A stretch of DNA of 56,264 nt from a virus (taxonomy: Duplodnaviria; Caudoviricetes), in the IMG/VR virus record IMGVR_UViG_3300047455_000186, positions 1 through 56,264 of that record; one strand, 5' to 3'. This document shows, piece after piece, positions 9,898 to 18,508 of the stretch (position 1 is its first letter; each line of letters starts with the position of its first letter). The translations under genes and the position numbers were made by a program. The notes under the pieces were generated by a model. That model did not search any database. It had not been told where the DNA came from and saw only the letters and a list, made by a program, of their open reading frames with translations.

Positions 9898-10047
9898 ATG
9901 AAAAAAGGAATAGGACCAAACAATTTAGGAGCGCCAAAATCTCCTACAAAAATATTAGGTGCAATTGCTGGAGCAGTAGCGCCGGCATTAATTAAAGGCG
10001 CGGCGGGTGCGTTGGCTGGAAAATTAATGGGCGGTAAAAAAGAGTAA
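9898..10047 (+). CDS. 49-aa Gly/Ala-rich amphipathic microprotein (not in ORF track)
   Basis: MKKGIGPNNLGAPKSPTKILGAIAGAVAPALIKGAAGALAGKLMGGKKE; fills the gap, and its TAA overlaps the next ATG. Confidence 0.7.
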   Translation: MKKGIGPNNLGAPKSPTKILGAIAGAVAPALIKGAAGALAGKLMGGKKE

Positions 10048-10424
10048 TGGCATTTAAGTTAAAGTCTAAAGGCGAAATATTCGGCATCAACGAAGAGTTA
10101 TCTGAGTTTGGTAGACCAGTGTTTGAAAAATCTTTGGACAATGGCGTTATAGCTGAAGCGAATAGAGACGGCACTACTTTTATAAACAAAAATGTCTCTG
10201 CTCAACAAAAAAAAGAAGCGGTAGATCACGAAAACGTACACCACGATCAAATGCTTCAAAATAGATTGCAATATAGCAATGAGGAAGTGATTTGGAAAAA
10301 AGACACTAGATCTCCTGCTAGAAAATACGAAAGAGTTGGAGGAGCGCTTTTTAGCGCGGGCCAAAAGCTACAAGAAGGACACGCTTCATTTGAGTGGGAA
10401 GATGAAGCTTATAAAAACGATTAA
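10047..10424 (+). CDS. Small zincin-like (HExxH) metallopeptidase
   Basis: 'TTFINK...AVDHENVH' plus a downstream 'WEDEAY' candidate third-ligand Glu. Confidence 0.65.
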   Translation: MAFKLKSKGEIFGINEELSEFGRPVFEKSLDNGVIAEANRDGTTFINKNVSAQQKKEAVDHENVHHDQMLQNRLQYSNEEVIWKKDTRSPARKYERVGGALFSAGQKLQEGHASFEWEDEAYKND

Positions 10425-10425
10425 A

Positions 10426-10731
10426 ATGAAAGCAACACCTATAACGCAAAAATGTAAAAGTTCACCAATGAAGATGAACATGGCTTTGGTAGAAGGAAAC
10501 GCCCAAACTTTAGATAGATTTGAAGATTCTATAGGAGGTATGGTCAGCACAGCTCTAGATAAAGATAAAAAGACTCAGCAAGTAGCTCCAGAAAAAGCAG
10601 CTACAGCCGAGCCACCAAAAGTGGACTATACTAAAAAATTTAAAGAAATGGGGGAAGATCTATCTAAAAAAGATTTTAATATAGAGATACCCGATATGTC
10701 AACAGCAATAAAAAACCTATCCGGATTTTAA
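10426..10731 (+). CDS. Hypothetical protein with PIT and SPxK motifs
   Basis: Likely start at ATG 10426 (MKATPITQKCKSSPMK), just after the previous stop. Confidence 0.65.
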   Translation: MKATPITQKCKSSPMKMNMALVEGNAQTLDRFEDSIGGMVSTALDKDKKTQQVAPEKAATAEPPKVDYTKKFKEMGEDLSKKDFNIEIPDMSTAIKNLSGF

Positions 10732-10742
10732 AAACTAACAAA

Positions 10743-11714
10743 ATGAATAAACCAATCACATCAAGAGTGCAGCACGCTACTGATAAAGGCATGGTTCGCC
10801 AACCGCTTTTAAACATGGGCTCCCCTGTAAAACAAAAAGTAAAGCTTGAAAACAAAGCTAAAGAAACTATAGAGCAAACGGATTCTTACCAAGGCGGCAA
10901 ACTAGGCGTTCAAACATCAAAAACTACAGTTAAGCCGGATAAACTTGTAAAGGGTAAAGAAATAATGAAAACTGTTAACACGGATACTTACGACGGGTCC
11001 GGTGGATACGCTTCTGATAAGGATTGGAATGCGTTCTTAAAAACGCCTAAAGGAAAAGCGTATTTAGAGAAAAACACTAAGCAGGTTGGCACAGGAACAT
11101 ACGAGCCTGATACTTATACCCCAGGCACTACAACCAAAACTACAGATTTTAATTCATACAAAGTAGCTGTTAAAGGCGACGCTAAGCGCCCATGGCAAAG
11201 ACGATTTGACAACAGAGGTATCAAGATTGGTGGAAGAGAGACTAGACAAGCTGGAAATAAAATTGATAAGACAAATAGAAAGCTTAGTGAATACGCTAAA
11301 TTTGATACAAACAAAGACGGTAAATTTAGCGCAGCGGAAAAAAGTGTTATGGGTAAAGGCGGATTTTTAGGTTTAGGAAAATCACAAAAGAAGTTTGAAA
11401 AGCTTGGGCGAAAGCTTGCCGAAAATAAAGCGGAATATGAAGGATTTAAGGGTGGTAGAGATGCTGCTATTGCTCAATCTATACAATCAGTTAAAATGGG
11501 TAACAAGATTGATCTAGGAGAAAGAGATGCGCGTTTAAGCGACGCAGGTGGTTTTGATAAGCAAAGAGAAGCTTTATCAAACTCTTCAAGCTCAAAAATG
11601 AAAAGTAGTCCATATAAGATGATGCCAAAAAGCCCAGCTATGAAAGCTTTAATTGGTAATCAAAAAAATTTACCTGACGCTTTAAAACAAAAAATCTTAA
11701 ATTCAAAAGGATAA
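10743..11714 (+). CDS. Lys-rich protein with SPxK motifs and an EF-hand-like loop, possibly internal virion protein
   Basis: 323 aa; KPIT, GSPVK, SSPYK and KSPAMK motifs; DTNKDGKFSAAE loop. Confidence 0.6.
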   Translation: MNKPITSRVQHATDKGMVRQPLLNMGSPVKQKVKLENKAKETIEQTDSYQGGKLGVQTSKTTVKPDKLVKGKEIMKTVNTDTYDGSGGYASDKDWNAFLKTPKGKAYLEKNTKQVGTGTYEPDTYTPGTTTKTTDFNSYKVAVKGDAKRPWQRRFDNRGIKIGGRETRQAGNKIDKTNRKLSEYAKFDTNKDGKFSAAEKSVMGKGGFLGLGKSQKKFEKLGRKLAENKAEYEGFKGGRDAAIAQSIQSVKMGNKIDLGERDARLSDAGGFDKQREALSNSSSSKMKSSPYKMMPKSPAMKALIGNQKNLPDALKQKILNSKG

Positions 11715-11718
11715 TATT

Positions 11719-12015
11719 ATGGCTTATATTCAAAACTCCCCGTTTAAAAAAAGCGGGGCTTGGGCCAGAAAAGAAGGCCAATCAGAAACTGGAGGGCTTA
11801 ACCAAAAGGGTGTTGATGCTTACAGAAGAGAAAACCCGGGGTCTAAATTAAAAACAGCAGTAACAACTAAACCTTCCAAATTAAAACCGGGTAGCAAAGC
11901 CGCTAAGCGTAGAAAATCATTTTGCGCTAGAATGAGTGGTGTAAAAGGTCCAATGAAAAAACCAAACGGTAAACCAACAAGAAAGGCTTTAGCGTTAAGA
12001 AAATGGAATTGCTAA
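11719..12015 (+). CDS. Basic DUF6321-like phage protein
   Basis: AWARKEG...GGLNQKG...RRKSFCARM...ALRKWNC signature. Confidence 0.7.
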   Translation: MAYIQNSPFKKSGAWARKEGQSETGGLNQKGVDAYRRENPGSKLKTAVTTKPSKLKPGSKAAKRRKSFCARMSGVKGPMKKPNGKPTRKALALRKWNC

Positions 12016-12155
12016 TGGAGATAAAAGGATTAGGGGATACCATAGAAAAATTTACAAAAGCAACTGGAATAAAAAAGCTAGCCGATAAAATCCCTGGCGG
12101 GTGCGGTTGTAATAAAAGAAAAGAAAAGTTAAATAAAATGTTTCCATACAAATGA
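12015..12155 (+). CDS. 46-aa phage protein with GLGD...CGC motif (not in ORF track)
   Basis: MEIKGLGDTIEKFTKATGIKKLADKIPGGCGCNKRKEKLNKMFPYK; translationally coupled on both sides. Confidence 0.75.
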   Translation: MEIKGLGDTIEKFTKATGIKKLADKIPGGCGCNKRKEKLNKMFPYK

Positions 12156-12550
12156 AAAAAATTTGGGAATGGCTTACCGGTAATGTTATAAAAGAAGTTG
12201 GTGATGTCATTGATAAATTAACCACAACTAAAGAAGAAAAATTAGAAGCTCAGCGGTTAATAACTGAGATTCTTGAAAAAGCAGATAAAGAAGCACAAGA
12301 GCAAGTAACAGCAAGATGGCAAGCGGATATGAATTCAGATTCGTTTTTATCTAAAAACATAAGGCCCATGGTTCTTATATATTTAACTGTTATCTTTACA
12401 GCACTATGTTTTTTTGATGGCAATATAGGAGAGTTTAAAATAGCAGAAGACTATATACCAATTTTTCAATCTTTATTAATAACAGTTTACGGGGCGTATT
12501 TTGTTGGGCGTACCTGGGAAAAAGCAAAAAAATCCAGCAATAACAATTAA
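12152..12550 (+). CDS. Holin, GTA 3TM-holin-like
   Basis: 'RWQADM.SD.FLSKNIRP' followed by hydrophobic helices and 'AYFVGRTWEK'. Confidence 0.75.
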   Translation: MKKIWEWLTGNVIKEVGDVIDKLTTTKEEKLEAQRLITEILEKADKEAQEQVTARWQADMNSDSFLSKNIRPMVLIYLTVIFTALCFFDGNIGEFKIAEDYIPIFQSLLITVYGAYFVGRTWEKAKKSSNNN

Positions 12551-12560
12551 ATTAAATAAA

Positions 12561-12821
12561 ATGAGTAAAGTAAAAGATTTAGTATCAAAAATAGAAAACG
12601 ACGAATTATCAGATTTGCAAGAGCTTGTAAAAAACATTAACCAATACCAATTACAAATTGGTGGTTTTGAAGCACAGAAGCATGACTTATTACATCAATT
12701 AGTTGGTATTAAGCAAAGCTTAAATGACTTACAAAAAAACCTTGAGGATAAATACGGGAATGTTTCTATAGATATCCAAAGCGGGGAAATCAAAGAAAAT
12801 GACTCTCCTAAGAAAGATTAG
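12561..12821 (+). CDS. Hypothetical coiled-coil protein
   Basis: Likely start at ATG 12561 after an AATTAAATTAAATAAA leader; heptad Leu/Gln pattern. Confidence 0.65.
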   Translation: MSKVKDLVSKIENDELSDLQELVKNINQYQLQIGGFEAQKHDLLHQLVGIKQSLNDLQKNLEDKYGNVSIDIQSGEIKENDSPKKD

Positions 12822-13017
12822 TATAGGTAAAGACTATAAAAATGACGCCATGCACTACTCTGTTGGACAGGAAGTGTATGGTGGTCATACTATAGTTAAC
12901 ATTATAGAGGAAGAAGAAAAGTACTCTGTCTATATACAAAAAGGCAATGATGTTATACCCTGGAAAGATTTTAATAAAAATATGGCAATAGCCATTGAAT
13001 ATAATATTGAATACTAA
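12799..13017 (+). CDS. Hypothetical protein
   Basis: 72 aa; overlaps the previous gene and is coupled (TAATG) to the next. Confidence 0.65.
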   Translation: MTLLRKISIGKDYKNDAMHYSVGQEVYGGHTIVNIIEEEEKYSVYIQKGNDVIPWKDFNKNMAIAIEYNIEY

Positions 13018-13607
13018 TGAATGGGGTTTTTGATTTTATTATAAAACCAGTTAGCAAAAGATACAATAATTCTAAAACAATTGATAATACAGAGCTAATA
13101 TTAAATACCGATTTACAGGATCATAATTTTGTTTCAAGGATAGGTGTTGTAATGGGTTTACCTATAAATAACCAAACAGGTATATGCTTAGGCGATGAAG
13201 TTATTGTGCATCATAATGTTTTTAGAAGATACAGAGATATTAGAGGTATTGAAAAAAATAGCAGAAGCTATTATAAAGATGATTTATATTTTGTAAATGA
13301 AATGCAAATATACGCTTATAAGCATATAATTAAATGGATACCATTAACGGGATATAACTTCGTTGCCCCTATAAAAGAAGACAAAATGTTTTCTATTGAT
13401 TTTGAAAAACCTTTAAAAGGCATATTGAAATATAAAGATCCAGCTTTAAAAAGTATAGAGCCTGGGGATATAGTCGGTTTCCGACCTGGTATGGAATATG
13501 AGTTTATTATTAATAAACAAAAATTGTATCGCATACCAACCAATCAAATTACAATTAAATATGAATATCAAGGAAACGAAGAAGAATATAATCCAAGCTG
13601 GGCATAA
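13017..13607 (+). CDS. Tandem GroES-like domain protein
   Basis: Two Cpn10-like halves: 'FIIKP...GVVMGLP...GDEVIV' and 'PLTGYNFVAP...GILKY...IEPGDIVGF...KLYRI'. Confidence 0.55.
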   Translation: MNGVFDFIIKPVSKRYNNSKTIDNTELILNTDLQDHNFVSRIGVVMGLPINNQTGICLGDEVIVHHNVFRRYRDIRGIEKNSRSYYKDDLYFVNEMQIYAYKHIIKWIPLTGYNFVAPIKEDKMFSIDFEKPLKGILKYKDPALKSIEPGDIVGFRPGMEYEFIINKQKLYRIPTNQITIKYEYQGNEEEYNPSWA

Positions 13608-13836
13608 AGCAGTTGAAGAATTAATTAAAGTAGCTAAAGAGGCTATAGTCGATTCAGATGATGATATATCTGCTGACAGGCTTAAGAACGCAGCTGCTAC
13701 AAAAAAGTTAGCTATATTTGACGCTTTCGAGATATTATCTCGTATACAAGATGAAGAAGCTATATTAGAAAATAAACCTAAAGAAGAAGAGAAAGCAAAA
13801 ACTTTTTCAGGGTTTGCAGAAAGAAGATCTAAATAA
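13561..13836 (+). CDS. Putative terminase small subunit
   Basis: Helical 91-aa ORF (start 13561) coupled by TAATG to the large terminase; positional inference. Confidence 0.45.
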   Translation: MNIKETKKNIIQAGHKAVEELIKVAKEAIVDSDDDISADRLKNAAATKKLAIFDAFEILSRIQDEEAILENKPKEEEKAKTFSGFAERRSK

Positions 13837-16046
13837 TGTACGAGCAAAATTTATATAGAGTAGATACTCCTATAAAAGCTAATACAATAGCTAGATTAAA
13901 TAAATCAAAAAAGTGGAAGTACGGTTATAACAAAGAACACGATGTTGTAGTTATAAGTAAGACTGGGCAAATCGGTGAAATATATAATATTCAAAATTTA
14001 AGAATTGCATTACCAAAAACTCCCGCTAAAATAGACAAGTCACAGGATAAATGGGCTGCAGATGAGTACCCTAGCGAATTAAAAAGAATACAAAGCGTTT
14101 TTGATTGGCGAGAATATCCGGAAGACTTCAAAGAAAAATGGGAACCATATATAGATGAACAATTCAAACGCAGAGAAGAAGGCCATTGGTTCAATAATAA
14201 AGGCATGGCTACTTACATTACTGGCACTCACTTTATGTACTTGCAGTGGAGCAAGATTGACGTTGGGAAGCCAGACTTTAGGGAAGCAAACAGACTATTC
14301 TTTATATTCTGGGAAGCTAGTAAAGCAGACCCACGATGTTATGGAATGTGCTATCTTAAAAACCGTCGTTCAGGATTTTCATTTATGTCTTCAGCAGAAA
14401 CCGTTAACCTGGCGACAATTACGTCAGATGCACGGTATGGTATCTTGTCTAAGTCTGGAGCGGATGCTAAGAAAATGTTCACAGACAAGGTTGTACCAAT
14501 ATCCGTCAACTACCCGTTCTTTTTCAAGCCAATCCAGGACGGTATGGACAGACCCAAAACCGAACTTGCCTATAGAATACCAGCCAGTAGACTCACTAGA
14601 AAATCCATACAAAATAAACAAGACCAGGAATTATTGGAGGGGCTCGACACCACAATCGACTGGAAGAACACAGGCGACAACTCATATGATGGAGAGAAAC
14701 TTAAACTCCTCGTCCACGATGAATCGGGTAAATGGGAAAGGCCGGACAACATCCTCAACAACTGGAGGGTTACGAAAACAACATTAAGGTTAGGTAGTAG
14801 AGTTATAGGTAAATGTATGATGGGGTCGACATCTAACGCTTTAGATAAGGGAGGTGAAAACTTTAAAAAACTTTACAATGACTCGGACGTTACAAAAAGA
14901 AACCGCAATGGACAAACTAAGTCAGGATTATATTCTTTGTTCATTCCTATGGAATGGAATTACGAAGGATTCATTGACAATTATGGAATGCCTATATTCG
15001 AAGACCCACCAGCAGATTGCGTTGGCCCACACGGAGACGCTATCGAAGTCGGGGTTATTGAACATTGGAACAATGAGGTAGAAGGATTAAGAGGCGACCA
15101 GGATGCTTTAAATGAGTTTTATAGGCAGTTTCCGCGCACAGAAGAGCATGCGTTTAGAGATGAAACTAAAAATAGTATATTTAATTTAGTAAAAATATAC
15201 GAGCAAATAGATTATAACGAAGATCTGTCAAGCACTAATGTAGTAAATATTGGTAGCTTTTCGTGGGAAAATGGAATAAAAGATACTAAGGTTAAATTTA
15301 CACCAAACCCTAACGGTAGGTTTAAAATAACTTGGGTCCCTAATTATGAATTGCAAAATAAGCAATACACAAAAAACGGTTTTAAATTTCCAGGGAATGA
15401 ACATATTGGCGCTTTCGGGTGTGATAGTTATGACATATCAGGGACAGTTGATGGCAAAGGGTCTAAGGGAGCATTGCATGGGCTAACTAAGTTTAGTATG
15501 GAAAATGCCCCACCAAATTCATTTTTTTTAGAATACATTGCAAGACCTCAAACTTCTGAAATGTTTTTTGAAGATGTGCTTATGGCTTGTGTATTTTATG
15601 GAATGCCCATATTGGCTGAAAATAACAAACCTAGGTTGTTGTACTACTTTAAAAGAAGAGGATACAGAGGCTACTCAATGAATAGACCAGATAAGATATG
15701 GAATAAGTTATCGGTAGCCGAAAAAGAAATAGGCGGAATTCCAAACTCAAGTGAGGATATTAAACAAGCCCACGCAGCCGCTATAGAGGCTTATATAGAT
15801 AAATATGTAGGCTTAAAAGCAGATGGGCAATATGGGGACATGTATTTTAACACCACCCTAAACGATTGGGCAAAATTTGATATAAATAAAAGAACAAAGT
15901 TTGATGCGGCTATAAGTTCAGGGCTTGCTATAATGGCTTGTAATAGACATTTATATAGACCAGTTGCTCCTGTTCAAAAACAAAAGTTAAATTTAAATAT
16001 TGCTAAATATAAAAATAGCGGTACAATATCGAAAATAATAAAATAA
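13836..16046 (+). CDS. terL: Terminase large subunit
   Basis: Walker A variant LKNRRSGFS, Walker B LLVHDESGKW, GSTSN coupling motif, RNase H-like 'GCDSYD', 'AENN' and 'FDAAIS'. Confidence 0.92.
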   Translation: MYEQNLYRVDTPIKANTIARLNKSKKWKYGYNKEHDVVVISKTGQIGEIYNIQNLRIALPKTPAKIDKSQDKWAADEYPSELKRIQSVFDWREYPEDFKEKWEPYIDEQFKRREEGHWFNNKGMATYITGTHFMYLQWSKIDVGKPDFREANRLFFIFWEASKADPRCYGMCYLKNRRSGFSFMSSAETVNLATITSDARYGILSKSGADAKKMFTDKVVPISVNYPFFFKPIQDGMDRPKTELAYRIPASRLTRKSIQNKQDQELLEGLDTTIDWKNTGDNSYDGEKLKLLVHDESGKWERPDNILNNWRVTKTTLRLGSRVIGKCMMGSTSNALDKGGENFKKLYNDSDVTKRNRNGQTKSGLYSLFIPMEWNYEGFIDNYGMPIFEDPPADCVGPHGDAIEVGVIEHWNNEVEGLRGDQDALNEFYRQFPRTEEHAFRDETKNSIFNLVKIYEQIDYNEDLSSTNVVNIGSFSWENGIKDTKVKFTPNPNGRFKITWVPNYELQNKQYTKNGFKFPGNEHIGAFGCDSYDISGTVDGKGSKGALHGLTKFSMENAPPNSFFLEYIARPQTSEMFFEDVLMACVFYGMPILAENNKPRLLYYFKRRGYRGYSMNRPDKIWNKLSVAEKEIGGIPNSSEDIKQAHAAAIEAYIDKYVGLKADGQYGDMYFNTTLNDWAKFDINKRTKFDAAISSGLAIMACNRHLYRPVAPVQKQKLNLNIAKYKNSGTISKIIK

Positions 16047-16049
16047 CGT

Positions 16050-18476
16050 ATGGCTGAGTCAGTTGTAAAAAGTTTTTTTCCTAGCCAAGTTGCTAGTGAC
16101 GAAGAAAAAATGTCATCAGAGTATGGCCTTCGGGTAGGTAGAGCTATTCAGGACGAGTGGTTTAAATCAGACTCCGGCACTTCGAGATATAGAAGCAATC
16201 AAAATACATTCCATAATTTAAGGCTATATGCTAGAGGTGAACAACCAATACAAAAGTATAAAGATGAATTATCAATAAACGGTGATCTATCTTATTTAAA
16301 TTTAGATTGGAAACCCGTTCCTATTATATCAAAGTTTGTTGATATATTAGTTAACGGTATAGCTGAAAGAGCTTTTGATATAAAGGCATATTCACAAGAT
16401 CCTTACGGGGTGAGCAAACGAACAGCTTACATGGAATCTATCATACGTGATATGCAAACGAAAGAGCTAAATGAATTTGCGGAAGCTGAATTTGGTATTA
16501 ATCTTTTTGAAAATGATCCAGAGCTTTTACCTGACAGCCAGGAGGAGTTAGAGCTGCATATGCAACTGACATATAAGCAAGCTGTTGAATTAGCGGAAGA
16601 GCAGGCAATACAAACTTTGTTAAACGGTAATAATTATGATTTAACAAAGAAAAGAGTTATATACGACCTATCTGTTATAGGTATTGGAGCTGTAAAAAAT
16701 AGATTTAGCAAATCCGAGGGTGTCGTTGTTGATTATGTTGACCCCGCTAATTTAGTTTATTCGTACACTGAATCACCGTATTTTGATGATATATACTATT
16801 GCGGTGAAGTTAAAAGCATACCTTTAAATGAATTAAAAAAGCAATTTCCTGATTTAACGCAAGAAGATCTTGAGCAAATATCCAAGCAAGGCTTTCAAAA
16901 TAACGGCTTTTACGATAGAACAATAAGAAATTACGATCAGTCTGATAGCAATACGGTACAAGTATTGTACTTTAATTTTAAAACTTACATGAACGAAGTT
17001 TACAAAGTTAAAGAAACAGCTACAGGCGCAAGTAAAATACTTGTTAGAGATGATCAATTTGATCCACCCATAGAGGAGCTTGAAAAGAATTTTGGTAAGT
17101 TATCTAGATCTTTAGAAGTTTTATATGAGGGCGTTTTAGTTTTAGGCACTAATTATTTGCTTAAATGGGATATGGCAAAAAATATGATGCGACCAAAAAG
17201 CGATCATACTAAGGTGCTTATGAACTACAGCATTGTAGCTCCAAGAATGTATAAAGGTAAAATAGAATCTATAGTCAGCCGCATAACAGGGTTTGCCGAT
17301 ATGATACAGCTGACGCATCTTAAATTACAGCAAGTAATGTCAAGAATGATACCTGACGGCGTTTATCTTGATGCAGATGGTTTGGCTGAAATAGATTTAG
17401 GTAATGGAACAAACTACAACCCGCAGGAGGCATTAAACATGTTTTTCCAAACAGGTTCGGTTATAGGTAGGTCTATGACCCAAGAGGGAGACATGAATCC
17501 TGGCAAAGTCCCTGTGCAAGAAATAGCAAGCGGGTCTGGCGGTCAAAAATTGCAGTCTTTAATATCTACGTATAACTATTATTTACAAATGATACGTGAC
17601 GTAACGGGACTTAATGAAGCTAGAGATGGTAGTGCCCCAGACTCAAGAGCTCTTGTTGGCATTCAAAAAATGGCAGCGGCAAATTCTAATACAGCAACAA
17701 GACATATATTAGATGCTGGTCTTTTTATAACCGCTCAAATTGCAGAATGTTTGTCATTAAGAATATCAGATATATTAGAGTATTCACCATCAAGAGACGC
17801 GTTTATACAAAAAATAGGTGGTCATAATGTTGCTACATTAAAAGAAATGTCTGATTTGCATCTTTACGATTTTGGTATATTTTTAGAATTAGCTCCAGAT
17901 GACGAAGAGCGTTCTATGCTGGAGAACAACATACAAACCGCATTATCCGCGGGACTTATAGATTTGTCAGACGCTATTGATATAAGAGAAATAAAAAATC
18001 TTAAACTAGCAAACCAAGTTTTAAAAATACGCAGGAAGCGTAAGCAGGAACAAGATCAATTAATCCAGCAAGAAAATATTCAAGCACAAGCACAAGCAAA
18101 CGCCCAAGCGCAAGAGGTAGCTGCCGCCGCTGAAGTACAAAAGAATCAAGCTTTAACTTCTCAAAAAGCTCAGCTATTACAAATGGAAAATAATTTTGAA
18201 TTGCAAAAAATGCAAGCTGAAGTTGCAGCTAAAAAAGAGTTGATGGCTCAGGAATTTCAATATAATATGCAGTTAAAAGGTGTCGAGACATCAGGTCAAG
18301 CACAGAAAGAAACGCAAAAAGAAGACAGAAAAGACGAAAGAACTAAGCTGCAAGCAACGCAGCAAAGTCAACTTATAGAACAAAGAAAAAACAATACACC
18401 TCCACAAAACTTTGAATCCAGCGGAAACGACATTATTGGCGGAGGATTTGACTTAGGTTCTTTCGAGCCTAGGTAA
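16050..18476 (+). CDS. Portal protein
   Basis: 808 aa directly after TerL; 'VTGLNEARDG' segment and Gln-rich C-terminal coiled-coil barrel as in podovirus portals. Confidence 0.85.
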   Translation: MAESVVKSFFPSQVASDEEKMSSEYGLRVGRAIQDEWFKSDSGTSRYRSNQNTFHNLRLYARGEQPIQKYKDELSINGDLSYLNLDWKPVPIISKFVDILVNGIAERAFDIKAYSQDPYGVSKRTAYMESIIRDMQTKELNEFAEAEFGINLFENDPELLPDSQEELELHMQLTYKQAVELAEEQAIQTLLNGNNYDLTKKRVIYDLSVIGIGAVKNRFSKSEGVVVDYVDPANLVYSYTESPYFDDIYYCGEVKSIPLNELKKQFPDLTQEDLEQISKQGFQNNGFYDRTIRNYDQSDSNTVQVLYFNFKTYMNEVYKVKETATGASKILVRDDQFDPPIEELEKNFGKLSRSLEVLYEGVLVLGTNYLLKWDMAKNMMRPKSDHTKVLMNYSIVAPRMYKGKIESIVSRITGFADMIQLTHLKLQQVMSRMIPDGVYLDADGLAEIDLGNGTNYNPQEALNMFFQTGSVIGRSMTQEGDMNPGKVPVQEIASGSGGQKLQSLISTYNYYLQMIRDVTGLNEARDGSAPDSRALVGIQKMAAANSNTATRHILDAGLFITAQIAECLSLRISDILEYSPSRDAFIQKIGGHNVATLKEMSDLHLYDFGIFLELAPDDEERSMLENNIQTALSAGLIDLSDAIDIREIKNLKLANQVLKIRRKRKQEQDQLIQQENIQAQAQANAQAQEVAAAAEVQKNQALTSQKAQLLQMENNFELQKMQAEVAAKKELMAQEFQYNMQLKGVETSGQAQKETQKEDRKDERTKLQATQQSQLIEQRKNNTPPQNFESSGNDIIGGGFDLGSFEPR

Positions 18477-18508
18477 TAATAATAGTAATAATTATATAAT
18501 ATTTTATC

